In this document: positions 1 through 11,297 of the stretch, piece by piece
How positions within the stretch are numbered: position 1 is the first letter of the stretch
Layout: every line of letters begins with the position of its first letter
Assembly: GCA_000182565.2 (NCBI GenBank)
Contig: KQ257460.1
Direction: 5' to 3' (one strand)
Source of the DNA: Spizellomyces punctatus DAOM BR117
Lineage: Eukaryota
DNA: 64,000 nucleotides
The notes under the pieces: model-generated
Told to the model about the DNA's origin: nothing
The model's database searches: none
The model's input: the letters and a program-made list of their open reading frames with translations, nothing else
Program-made: the position numbers and the translations under genes

Positions 1-373
1 GCTCTCGGACTCCAGAATCTTGTCAATCAAGGACATCAGCTGTTCATTCGTGGGAAGTTTACCCTCGCGAAGTGCTTCTATCGCCGAAAACAAGCGCAGA
101 GGTTTGGCTGCTTGGCGCCTGCGATCTTCTTCGTCGTCAGCTCTCGGGATCAAGGCCTGGGAAGTGGCAGGCTGAGAAGGAGTCCGAGTCGCATTACTGG
201 CAAGGGGATGGCGGAGGGAAGGCCCGCGCGAGGTGCCGATGGTGGGCGACGGCTTCTTGAATGGGCGCTGTTGTACGCAGGAAATTAGAATATCCAAATC
301 GGCGATGGTGGGATTAAAGAGCCTCAATACAGCAACCTACCGCGGCCCAGTCGTAATCGACTTCAGTAGGCAT
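1..373 (-). CDS. 5' part (runs off window) of a DUF4449/DUF5923-type fungal protein
   Basis: ATG at 373, exon MPTEVDYDWAA, intron GTAGGT...CTAAT...CAACAG (~340-269), then open frame RPFKKPSP...KPLRLFSAIEALREGKLPTNEQLMSLIDKILESES to the window edge. The LRLF..IEA.R.GK.P.N.Q motif recalls the N-terminus of this fungal family (recognised from memory). Confidence 0.6.
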
Positions 374-2973
374 AGTCACAAAGAACTAGATGGCCGTGAA
401 GAGACGGATGCCAATCAAAAAGAGATGTGGGATGCGAATGGAATGGAAGTAGCTTCAAAGCTTGTTACAATAAAAGCAAGAAAGGACAATAAAGGCTCCA
501 AAAACCTGACGAGAGAAAAGAAAAGTGACCTGACTAAATACTCTCGACAGAACGAGACCCGCATGAGCGTAAGATCACCACATAACGCATGAGTCAACTG
601 AACACATGTGTATTAAAGCAAACGAAGGGGGTTGAAGGTCAAGCACAAGTTCGGGACCGCATGATTGACTGTCAACGAAGGGGTTCAACGAAAGCCTCCC
701 AAGACGAGGCCCCCATAACCCAACCAGGAATCGCAACCCCCATTTATACCAACGTCTATAAGAATACTTACTACCCTAGCCATCGCAATACAGTACTGAA
801 TTCGATGGATTAACGGATTCCATGGATCCACGCAAGGATCTTTTGCTTGATATCTCTATTGATGTCCCTCCAACATTGTCGTGACCGTGTGCCTGCAACA
901 ACACGGGAGTCGATGGGAGAGAAGGGAACACCAATAGGAAATCAAGTAAATTCAGATTCCGACTGCAGATGGACAAACAAAATTAGAGAAACAGATCTCC
1001 GTTCACGCTAAATCCCAGAAACGAGTAGGTATCACTAGGTACTTTGGGGGCCAGGAAATACATATTCTTCTTGTGCGTGTGTCCTGTGAATTTCGAGCTC
1101 GGAAAAGCAGGCCGGCAAAAATCGGCAAGCGGGAGGTAGAGCCCCAAACAAAAGGTCCGCACACAATCAGTAGCGATGAGAGAACTCCGTGAGTTAGAAC
1201 CTCAGACAAACCCGACCAACGAGCGATCTCCTGGCAGGCCGTAAGATCGATTGCCAACATTGACCGTCCAAAGAACCTACAACGAACAAGCGTTCTAGTG
1301 GAACTCTTTTGGTTCCCACTTACCTCGAATTGGTATCTCATTCGGCCGAGACATCTCATCCACTGTAGAAATGAGGGCTGCGATCCATTACGCAATGCTT
1401 TGCTAATCTTCCACTAGACTTCCGCTGTCGACGATGCTTGCGGTCCCGCGCTTTCAATTCCGAGGTGGATTACCGTCTTACCCAACATTTCCAAAGATTA
1501 ACATTGGGCATCCATTTGTTGTCTAAAGGGAGGATTTCAATGAAATCCCAGATATCATGTTGAACCTTCCCATAGTTGTCCTGAGCTTTAATACGGCGCT
1601 TAGCGGTGATGAATACCAAAACGCCATATGCTAATGCTGAATGCGCTGCATACCAAATGTACGGGCTTTTAACACCTACATCAACACACCTGTGGACGGC
1701 AGCAGCATCCTAGTTGTTCGTCTTTTAGTCCTGGGCGTGTAAGTGGGAAATCAGCTAGAAATCTATCCGATGCCAAACATTTCTCCAGCACCACCACTCC
1801 AAGCAATTAAAAAATGATCTTTTATGCATATGCATCCAAGGAATCTCTACTGACCAAGTTCACAGGCGTCTTTTGGAAGTTATATTTGGTATTTGGGCGG
1901 ATGCCCGCTTTCAACGTCAAACTCTTGTGTTTCCCGTCCCAAGTAAACAAGCCCCGCCAACGCCGATCCATGGGTCCCGCGAACATTCCGGGACAGGATC
2001 GTAACCCCTTGGGGTCGCTGGTACCTTAGGAGAGAATCCCCGCATTCAGAACGCATCATGTTACAATAAGATTAAGGTTAAAAAATAAAGGACATTAGAG
2101 ATAGATTCCTACACGAAATTCTATAGTGAAAGATGGGACTCATAAGCTAAATATTACCATTCCTATAGCTCTAGTACCAAACATTCTATTATTATGCCCA
2201 GTGTTACCGACTTTTTTTCGACCGCCCGTCGTCCTGAACAGCCTGGGGTTTCCTGCCGTCGTCGACCGTCGTATACAAATCGGCATGCTACCTGCAGTTT
2301 AACTCATATCATAGCCGGAGTTTGAATGAGCCTCCATCTCCTATTGCCGGCGATGGTACGTACTGTTGACCAGATCTGGTATCGTATCCCGTGTCGTTAT
2401 GAGACTCTATTCTGCGTCACCAGTTTCGTTCCCGCTGGCGGACCCATCCTTTCGTGCTGCTTTTTGCCAAGGTGATTCGTTGTTCTGAAACACAGGCTTA
2501 TAGCTCGCGTGGGTCTTTGAGTCTTTGAGATTCTGGAAGGAGCTTCATGCAAAGTCTCGCTCTGATACTTATAACAACGTGTAGACTCGGGTAGCACGCC
2601 AATCTGTATGTGCATGTTTCTGTTGTACTAACTGAATATCAGATCAATCGAATCATTCAAAATAAGGTGATGTTTTCCAACCTCCAAGGAGAGGGCAATG
2701 AATTTTGATAACATGAATTGAGTGAGGGAGAGTTATCCTTCCCTGTTGGCTTTAGATGCATTTTGTCCAAGATTTACCTCTCAATCGTTGACATGCTACC
2801 TGTAGCGTTATGAAAGAAGACATTCGTTGAGCAATACGGGCTTTGTTCGCCAAAGGGTAGTTAATCCCCAAACGGGGAGACCTTGAGTAAAGTCGGCAAC
2901 TTTTTTTGATACATATTCTCAAAATTTGCGGGTATTTGCTACACCATATTGTTACGCTGTAATTGCGTCTATT

Positions 2974-4770
2974 CTACATAATCGATGCAAATACTCTGTT
3001 GAATCGAGCAATGCTTGGGCCGTACTCGTCGTACTGCGCCTTGCTATGGCAGTAACTGTAGAATTCCGCCTAATTTCCATAGATATTCATTTGTTAACAA
3101 TGGTAAAAACTAATCTGCAACCTGAATGGTGCTTACCGTGTCCGCCAACAAACTTCCACCAAACCATACGGCATACCGCTGCCGCTTGTGCGATACAACA
3201 TTCACATCAATCATCTTGGGTTGAATTTGTTGATCCTTGTTGATATTCGCCTGGGAAAGGACTTCATAGTGTTTCAGGCGGTTGTCGACAATTCTCGTGA
3301 TATCGCGTTGCAGTCGTCGCCCAAAATCTTTGAACATGGTAGACCCTCCTGACAGCACAATGTTCTACCACAAAGCAATTCAGCAGGATATCAAAAGAAG
3401 CCGAGAGTCTGGGCCATCACTTACCTTGTATAAGCCTCTCCGTGTGTCAATGGGGCAACTTTGAATTGTAGTGTCAACAACTTCAGGAAGAGGAGTTAAG
3501 AAATCAGGGCTGGCAATTTCTGGGTTGAAAAAGATCTCGGGTCCTAGGAACCGTTCAAATCCTACATCTACATTGTATGGCTGCAAGCAAGGGTTAAAAT
3601 AACGGAGATGACCCTAATCTCGGCGGCTCTAACGGACCTTCTTGGTAACACTGTGCAGGAACTCGTGCTTCTTGAAGCACTTGTCGGGTTCACTGTCGTA
3701 CTTCTTGAATTCTTTAACAATGTCGGGACATACATAAGAGTACATCTCCTTGATGCGCTTGGCAACCTCTAGAGAATCTTCAGGTGGGATACTGTTTTCG
3801 CGTTCGCGCAGAAGCTGCTGCACGAATTGGGTAATGTCACGTCCAGCAATGGGGATATGTTTGATTGACGAACCAATGACGTAGCCTTCCGCCTGTAGCA
3901 AAAACATCTCAATAACAGCATATTGCTAATCCTTGGATGAGAAAATACCCACAACTGGAATAACGTGTGTTACACCGTCTCCACTGTCAATAACTGTTCC
4001 CGTCAACGTCTGATCAGCTTTTCCGCTAGTCCAACTAGCAGCCAAGGCCAGAACCGCTTGGACCGCAATATATATTCCCTTGGCACCAAAGGACTCGAAA
4101 AAGATTTCAGCAGTGTATTCGCGATTTTCGGGCGGGTTCAACGGCGGCTCAGTCTTACAAGGACGCACTGTTAGATGACCAGCAATTCATTTTTACCTTC
4201 CGCTCACGCTTACCAGCAGGAAGTAGTGGTCCTCTGGCTCACATCGCAAATACTGGAAAATTGAGGCTTGATGAAACTTTTCCATCAGATCCCAGTTTTC
4301 AACCTGTCCGTGGCGAATAGGGTAGTTAATTCCGTATGTTTTCGAGTTTAAGATGGCTTCGTCTCCAATGTAATAGTCCAAATCCTCGATTCCCCTTTTT
4401 GCGGCAAGGTTTCCGGACGGCGTTTCTCGTGTGGCAATGGTGGTAGGAATGATAAACTGCGGATCGTTGTTACCAGCGTACCCCATTTTCGTGTACCTAT
4501 GTGGCAAAGATTAAGGAGAGCGTGATTAGCCATACCTACTCCAGAATGAACCATGAGTCTCATAGGGCTCTAATGCGTAGTTTCTTGATTGACTCAAAAA
4601 AGCATTGTCCAGCCAAAACGTCGAATAAGTTTGGCATTTTGTATCGCCAGCAGTCGCCAGTGGCTACTGCGTACAGCAGCGAAATTACCCTCAACGGTTT
4701 CTGTGAATCCCTCCTGAATAGTTGCTTACCCTGTCCCATTGTCAATCACGACTGCCGGCAAGTTTGTCAT
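2974..4770 (-). CDS. ARP3: Actin-related protein 3 (Arp2/3 complex), 7 exons
   Basis: Spliced product [23 protein letters not shown]..., [90 protein letters not shown], ending [14 protein letters not shown]. All six introns GT-AG. Confidence 0.97.
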
Positions 4771-5331
4771 TCTCGGGATTAGAACGCGTTACGATGAGTT
4801 GGAGACTGTAAGGGCACCGCTTGCGAGTGTTTCCAGTGAATATACAGAGTAGGAATAGACAAAAAGGACCGCAGAAATATCGGGTGGTCGCCTGCGCAGT
4901 GGGATATCCAGAATTTGGTGTTGATGGAAGCAGGTTTTATGAAAACACGGTGCTCATCAACGTTGTGGGTTCGCCTCCAGAAATGCCTCGCATTGGCGGC
5001 AGCTGGGGAGCGGTCATGTGACGGCTGCACGTGAGGATTACGCAAGCATCGACCGCCCTACGTCGGGGGAAAGTGCGCGGTCGTCACTGTGACCCCCCAC
5101 GGTTGGCAAAAGTTTCTGATTTGTTGGCAGATTAATTGGGCGTGCTGTGTATTCAATTTGGAATCCTTTTTGGCGAGTCCTTTACGGCGATAAAAGATGG
5201 TGTTGCTTTCATAGACGATTGTCTTGCCGTTGCTGCCATAGATAGACTCGTTTGATTCAACTCATCCATCCCATCGGATTTTATCAGTCTCTCGCTATCG
5301 CATTGCAACTAGCCTACATCTTGTATCCCAA

Positions 5332-6081
5332 ATGAGTAACTCTGCCACCATAGCGAGCCCTTTAGTTGATTCTACTGGCAGCGCTTCACCAATGGCGTTG
5401 ACGCTTCGCCCCGCCGTACGTACGGATGCTCCCGATATCATTCGAATGCGAGAGGAAGTTGGATGGGATGCTGCCCGTGTTTATGATTGGTTCGACATCT
5501 GTTCATATCAATACGGATCACCAGAGTGCCCCACATCTTTTGATTATGTTTCTTATACGGACGAGGCCATCACGATTGACCTGAGTCGTCTACAGCACCC
5601 TCCTGATGGAAGAATCTTTCGACTATGGGTAGCAGAGACTGAGAAGGAAGTGGACGGTCATGCTGAGCCGGAACGCACCAAGGTCATCGTTGCGGCTATT
5701 GGGTTATCCCACATTGATCTAGATGAAATGGATCCTGATTTGGCATGTTGGGAGCGTCGACGGGGACTAGTGAGATCACTTGCAGTATTCAACGCATTCA
5801 AAGGGCAAGGAATCGGCACATGGATGATGAGAAGAATTGAAGGTGTGCGAATCTCAAATCCTGTTTGACAGCTGATCCTTGACTCCAACTCAATCACTCC
5901 TTATCATCTTTTTCCCTCAGGTGAGGCACGACATTTAGGTCTCAAGGTCATTACATCCCTCGTGCCAATGGAAGCTACTGCATCCCTGGCTTTGCACAAA
6001 AAAATCGGCTATCGTGTATTTAAGCGTGCACCTAGAAATTGGGCTGAGGACGTACTGCATTATGAAAAAGTGCTGGACTGA
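5332..6081 (+). CDS. GNAT-family N-acetyltransferase, 2 exons
   Basis: LTLRPAVRTD start of fold; acetyl-CoA motif A VRSLAVFNAFKGQGIG; intron GTGTGC..CTCAG (~5843-5920); exon 2 contains ASLALHKKIGY; stop TGA at 6079-6081. Confidence 0.85.
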
Positions 6082-6261
6082 AAAGTCCAAATCATTCTTG
6101 TATTTACTCTTGGCCTGCAGGTCGAACAGAGCGATACTTTACATGTCAAATGCTGCTATGGCAACAAAATCTGTAATTTAACCATTTTCGGCACCGCGAT
6201 TGGCCGTCGGAGAAAGCAGGTTTTGCGCCATAGCTTTGCTTGCCCCATTTTTCGATAAACG

Positions 6262-8388
6262 ATGGCCTCCCGTAGCAGCACCAACCGTACGGTGAGACGC
6301 CAAGCAAGCTTCGCTTCAGATGACTCGGCCGGGGCTGCTGCATCCACAGCTTCCTTTAGACGCCGTCGGGATGAAACCCTTCGAAAAAATGCGGAAAAGG
6401 AAGTCACGAAGGCCTCTCGTCCTTCGACTTCAACGTCTAAAAAGCCTCGCCCTCCAACTCGCAATCTTAGTACCACCTCAAAAAGCACCACGAGCACACG
6501 TAATCCTCCATCGTCAATCACATCTACCTCTGAGCAGAAGAAGCCGCTGCAACCTTCATCTCCAGTATCCCCACCAGCACCTACACCAGTGCGAGGTACA
6601 GTTTCCAGTATGAACCCGGAGCCAGCAGTCGCCCTCCATGCATCTGCAAAAGTCTTTGAAGCTGCCGCGTACATGGCCGCAAAACGGCAGGACGCTGTAC
6701 TCATTGTGGATGGGGAAGGACACCTCGCCGGTATCTTGACCGACAAGGATCTGGCCTATCGTGTTGTGGCTGACAATTTGGATCCAAAGACAACAACCGT
6801 GTCCCAAGCCATGACTGCTAACCCTGTGAGTGTCACAACCACCAGCAATGCCACTGAAGCGCTAAATAAGATGGTCGCGGGCCAATTCCGCCATCTACCT
6901 GTGGTGGAAAGTGATGATGAACTGAGTGATGATAGCGGTGGAGACCGCCATATTTCTCCTGCAGAAGCGGTGAAAAGGACATCTACCAGCTCGGTAGAAG
7001 CCAGTACACCACGATCCCCGTCTGGTTCTGGCGTGGGTTCCGGTGGGGTAGTTGGAGTGTTGGACATTACCAAATGTCTTTATGAAGCATTGGAGAAGCT
7101 AGACCGTGCATATGAATCGTCGCGAAGGCTGAATGAAGCATTAGAGGGAGTAGAGAGGGAGTGGTCTATCCGGAGTGGTTCCATCGGTCGTTATGCTGAA
7201 GCTCTTCGTGACCAACTTGCTTGCCCTGATCTGGCAGGGCTGCTTGCCAGTCAAAGTGCGAGCCCCCCGGTCGTCGGTTTGCGTGCTACTGTTCTCGATG
7301 CTGCAAGGATGATGCGGGAAAGCCGGGAAACCGCGGTTCTTGTGTTCGATTCAGATCGTCAAGGCCACGCCGGTGATCTGGGCAGCTTGGCGGGAATCTT
7401 CACCAGCAAGGATCTCGTCCTCCGTGTTCTGGCTGCTGGATTAGACCCAGCAGCTACAATGGTCGTCCGAGTAATGACACCGCACCCAGATTGCGTAACC
7501 CCCGATACCCCTGTTGTGGACGCACTCCGAAAGATGCATGCGGGCCGTTATCTTCACCTGCCGGTTGTCGACAACGTTGGAGTGGTAGAAGGGATGGTGG
7601 ATGTTCTCAAGCTCACCTACACAACGCTGACGCAAATGACTAACATACAAGGAGAGCCCGGTGAAGGGCCCGTTTGGAACAGATTCTGGGATTCCACGTT
7701 AAGTCCACCAGAGATTTATGACATCAATGAAAGCGGGAGTGCCAGTGCTTCTCATAGCGACCATCTATCCAATTTCTCACGGAAGCATGACGAGCCCTTC
7801 CCGGACGATAGTACTGTTGCGCCAGACGATTCTGCAAGCATGTTTCCTGCCCGTACCAACGGTCTCCTCTCCCAGAGAGGTATAGAGGGAAATGGATCAA
7901 ATAATTCTGGGTCTGGGATAGGAACTGGATTCGGGACAGCTCTGAGCGAGGGATTGTACGTCTTCAAGCTCCGGGACTCCCGAACTGGTCATATGCACCG
8001 CTTCACATCCCCATTCCACAGCATAGAGGTTCTTCAGGCTTCCGTGGCTGCGAAGCTGTCGCTCCCACCAGCTGCAGCCGAGTCACTGCAGTTGTCTTTC
8101 ATAGACGATGAGGGGGATTGCGTGCATTTAGGTACCGATAAAGATATCTTGGATGCTGTGCTGATGGCACGAGCGGGCGGTTGGGGACGGTTAGTGCTGT
8201 GCATTACCGGAGAACGTCATCGCAGAGAGGTTGAAGCATTAAATAGAGTAGCAAACAAGGTATTTGGACAGGAAGGGAGCGGACGGCAACAACCGCGTGG
8301 AGGGGATGTGGGGTACCTGACCCCAATGTTGATGGGAGGCGGCGTAGCATTGGCGTGCGCCTTCTTACTGGGTAAAGCATTTAAATAG
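6262..8388 (+). CDS. CBS-CBS-PB1 domain protein with C-terminal transmembrane tail (Mug70/CBSCBSPB-like)
   Basis: Single 708-aa ORF with two CBS pairs (GILTDKDLAYRVVA; GIFTSKDLVLRVLA; HLPVV), PB1 acidic motif LSFIDDEGDCVHL and a hydrophobic C-terminus. Confidence 0.9.
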   Translation: MASRSSTNRTVRRQASFASDDSAGAAASTASFRRRRDETLRKNAEKEVTKASRPSTSTSKKPRPPTRNLSTTSKSTTSTRNPPSSITSTSEQKKPLQPSSPVSPPAPTPVRGTVSSMNPEPAVALHASAKVFEAAAYMAAKRQDAVLIVDGEGHLAGILTDKDLAYRVVADNLDPKTTTVSQAMTANPVSVTTTSNATEALNKMVAGQFRHLPVVESDDELSDDSGGDRHISPAEAVKRTSTSSVEASTPRSPSGSGVGSGGVVGVLDITKCLYEALEKLDRAYESSRRLNEALEGVEREWSIRSGSIGRYAEALRDQLACPDLAGLLASQSASPPVVGLRATVLDAARMMRESRETAVLVFDSDRQGHAGDLGSLAGIFTSKDLVLRVLAAGLDPAATMVVRVMTPHPDCVTPDTPVVDALRKMHAGRYLHLPVVDNVGVVEGMVDVLKLTYTTLTQMTNIQGEPGEGPVWNRFWDSTLSPPEIYDINESGSASASHSDHLSNFSRKHDEPFPDDSTVAPDDSASMFPARTNGLLSQRGIEGNGSNNSGSGIGTGFGTALSEGLYVFKLRDSRTGHMHRFTSPFHSIEVLQASVAAKLSLPPAAAESLQLSFIDDEGDCVHLGTDKDILDAVLMARAGGWGRLVLCITGERHRREVEALNRVANKVFGQEGSGRQQPRGGDVGYLTPMLMGGGVALACAFLLGKAFK

Positions 8389-8507
8389 CATGATTTTTTG
8401 TAGATTGTATGTAGACCTTGATATACAGACAGATATATATATAGAGAGCCGAAGTCAGAGAGAAATATTCACAGCAAAATCCAATATACACATGAGAGAC
8501 CCGGCTT

Positions 8508-9610
8508 CTATCTTTGTCGGGCACGTTTTGAAAGAGTAAAGAGACGTGTTCCCGCACTGAACGTAGTTTGCCCACTGCACGGAACCTCTACAGATCTGGT
8601 AACAGATGCGGGCACAGGTTCAACCAATTGCTGGACCTGTGTAACCGATTCCAAGTCGTCACTATCTGCAAAATCGTCGTCATCTTCCTCATTTTCGTCC
8701 ACGAAGGCAGACCAAGCTGATTTGATTGGAGGAGTATAGGGTTTTGATGGTTTAGCGGCAGAGGACTGAGAGAATCGGTTTGGCTGAAGTGGTATGTGTG
8801 TGATGGGTTGGCGTAATGTGGAGGTAGAGATTGGGGGCGTATTAGTAGATGGCTGGCTTTCAGGACGGAGGGATCTGTCGGCTTGAAGAACAGGTATTGA
8901 CGTCCTTGGAGCTGCATTGCATTCTTTCATGCCATCAATAGGATTTCTATGCAACTGCTCTGACGATCTTCCCAGTTTTGAAAATGCTCGACTCTTCCAG
9001 GGAGCAATAGAAAAGGTAGATTTTGGCGTGAGATCTTCCGAAGTGGCATCGCTCTTGGCATGGTGCATCCGAGGGACAGATTCCATAGCAAGAGTATCAT
9101 AAGCATCATTCACAGACTTTCTCTTTCGGCCGTGCGAAGTTTTCTCTTTCACCTTCCTGTCGACAAAATCTTCTGCGTCGTTGGCTACCTCATCTGAATC
9201 CAAGTACAGACTCCACTTCTTTTGAGGGCTCTGAGGTTTTTGTTTCAGACAACCTCGGCGCTCGTATGTACCACATCCATATCCCTCCTGCTGATCGGAA
9301 TGTCGTTCCCATGCACCCTCCACCTCTTGTTGTTGGATCTTCTGTTCGCGCGCTACTCTGCGCATGTTGAGCTCTTGTACCGCTTTGCGACAATCAGAAC
9401 CTGCCGTTGACTCAAAAAATACATGCTTGAGGCCTTGTTTGGCGCCGCAGACCGCGCAGGTCCATTTTTGGACCTTTTTGGCCTGAGGTTCGCGTTATGA
9501 GGACGTGAGGATGACTCGATAGGTAGAGAATGCTCAAGAAGCCATACCTGTTGCACTTGAAACATCTTACATGCGTCTGCATAGCATTGGATGACCTGAT
9601 AGAGTGGCAT
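8508..9610 (-). CDS. MRNIP: MRN complex-interacting protein (UPF0544/MRNIP-like), 2 exons
   Basis: MPLYQVIQCYADACKMFQVQQ / VKRSKKWTCAVCGAKQGLKHVFFESTAGSDCRKAVQELNMRR after an intron near 9547-9487; this is the MRNIP N-terminal zinc motif. It is followed by a disordered tail with KWSLYL and AWSAFV motifs. Confidence 0.85.
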
Positions 9611-9897
9611 TCGGAAATTGATCTCATCGATTATTCCATGTGGGAAGAGATGCTGTGGGTCATTCGTATCTGTGGCTTAGCGGATGAGATAATCCAATTC
9701 CCCGCCAGGCCGCAACAGGATCCTATAAAAAGCCCGAAAACGTAGGATTCAAAGCTAAAAATAGCCCGCTTTGAGTTTGGATCTAAATGCACGGGAAGCA
9801 GTAAAGCTTTGCCTTGAAGGGAAAAGGCCGCTCTGCGTAGATCAGTATTTGATGACGACAAGCATGACTTGTACCGTCACAATGTTATTTCCCCATC

Positions 9898-10536
9898 ATG
9901 GCCGCCATCGGCAGAGAATTAGACAGGCACTGGTTTGACATTATCGGAAGAGCATTAGAACGAAGACCACAGAAACCCGGACTCGATGTGCGGGAATCTC
10001 TGTTGCCTGCTGCACCTGAGATCAACGGGGTAGGTTACTCAGGAATACCGTCACATCCAGGAGCGGCGCAGATCGCCTTGTTCATTGTTTTTGCTGTTGT
10101 GATCGTCTTGTCGATCAGTCTGATCTGGTTCGTGCGAGTGGTGGACAAGTATGCGATACACCACCCTAATCAACGTCCTGGTCTCGTTTACGAACAAGTG
10201 GAAGCCACTGTACCTGCTCAACATACCAGAGTCATGCCCATCCCAGTACCACGCTTAACATCACCCGGTTCTATCGGTCCGTCCGCATCCGATACACGAT
10301 TAAGTGACTACCTGCCTCCATACACGAAGGGATGGCATAGCGGAGAAGTCACAGTTGGTGATGTAGTTGCAAGTGGGCATTATTGCCAAGGTTCTCTCGC
10401 CACTGCTAATACTACGGTTGCTGCTATGGACGCCGATGAAGTCAATATTCTACCGCAGGGGCTTCCTAGCTACCAAGATTCTGTACTGGCGAGTATGGAG
10501 GAAGAGAGGGTCAGAGAACCGTGCAACTGTAGATAA
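9898..10536 (+). CDS. Single-pass membrane protein with cytosolic PY motifs
   Basis: 212-aa ORF, one TM helix (IALFIVFAVVIVLSISLIWFV), LPPY and LPSY motifs downstream. Confidence 0.65.
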   Translation: MAAIGRELDRHWFDIIGRALERRPQKPGLDVRESLLPAAPEINGVGYSGIPSHPGAAQIALFIVFAVVIVLSISLIWFVRVVDKYAIHHPNQRPGLVYEQVEATVPAQHTRVMPIPVPRLTSPGSIGPSASDTRLSDYLPPYTKGWHSGEVTVGDVVASGHYCQGSLATANTTVAAMDADEVNILPQGLPSYQDSVLASMEEERVREPCNCR

Positions 10537-11297
10537 CCAGTAGTAGTATCCATCCTAGCCCAGATATTCCTTCATCAAATATAAATTTATTTCAATAGAG
10601 ATAGTATGACTCGCACGCCAGATCTATGAGTCCATGGGGAAAGTTTCAACAGGCACACTCTAAAGCACCCCGGATGCGAAGGGGACTACCGAAACCGCGT
10701 AAGGATTGAGGAGCAGAAAAGAACGCTGGGGAATGAAGAAGCCGAGAGTGAACTCGGATCCATATTCCGAACCTGAACTTACCCATAACTGACCGCCATC
10801 GGAACGTACAGAGAGCTTCTCAAGCTCTCCCTTGCTCGGCAAACTATTAGTGCGTGCTCATCACAACCGGATTAAAGTGGGCGTCATCTAGGGTTGGCAT
10901 GCCGTGTAATCGTGACTTGTATTAACGATTCCATTAAACGATAAACAATACACTCTCTATGGTGATGGTTCACGACAGCTTAAAGATTGCTAGGAACGCA
11001 GAGGAAAGTTTCGCTTTTATTGCACAGCCAGAGGTGAAGTTGGAGTCGGTCAGGAGGGAAAGCCGCCAGGAATATCCTAATGGGAAAGGCATGAGATGCA
11101 AGGACAGTATGATAAGTTTACGCACGCAGCGGAATTCACTGCAGCAAGGTGCTGCTCATCAGCAACAAAAGACGGGAACTCGTGTCGATGTCAGCCAGCT
11201 GCTAACGTCACGTGATCTTTAATCGACAGCTGCAAACAGAAACTGCAAACTGTAACGCTCACGTACCAGAGGCATTTTGCACCTCCATCCATCCATC

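Noticed and set aside
4497-4728. ARP3 first intron is ~230 nt, much longer than its neighbours (possible snoRNA host)
   Set aside because: No convincing C/D or H/ACA box pair seen; long first introns are common.
10770-10850. GGAACGTACAGAGAG (U6-like), ACTTACC (U1-like) and hairpin GAGAGCTT-CTC-AAGCTCTC
   Set aside because: Only short matches; the flanking conserved snRNA sequence (e.g. AGATTAGCATGGCCCC) is missing. It may instead be a minus-strand splice donor of an unsupported tiny transcript.
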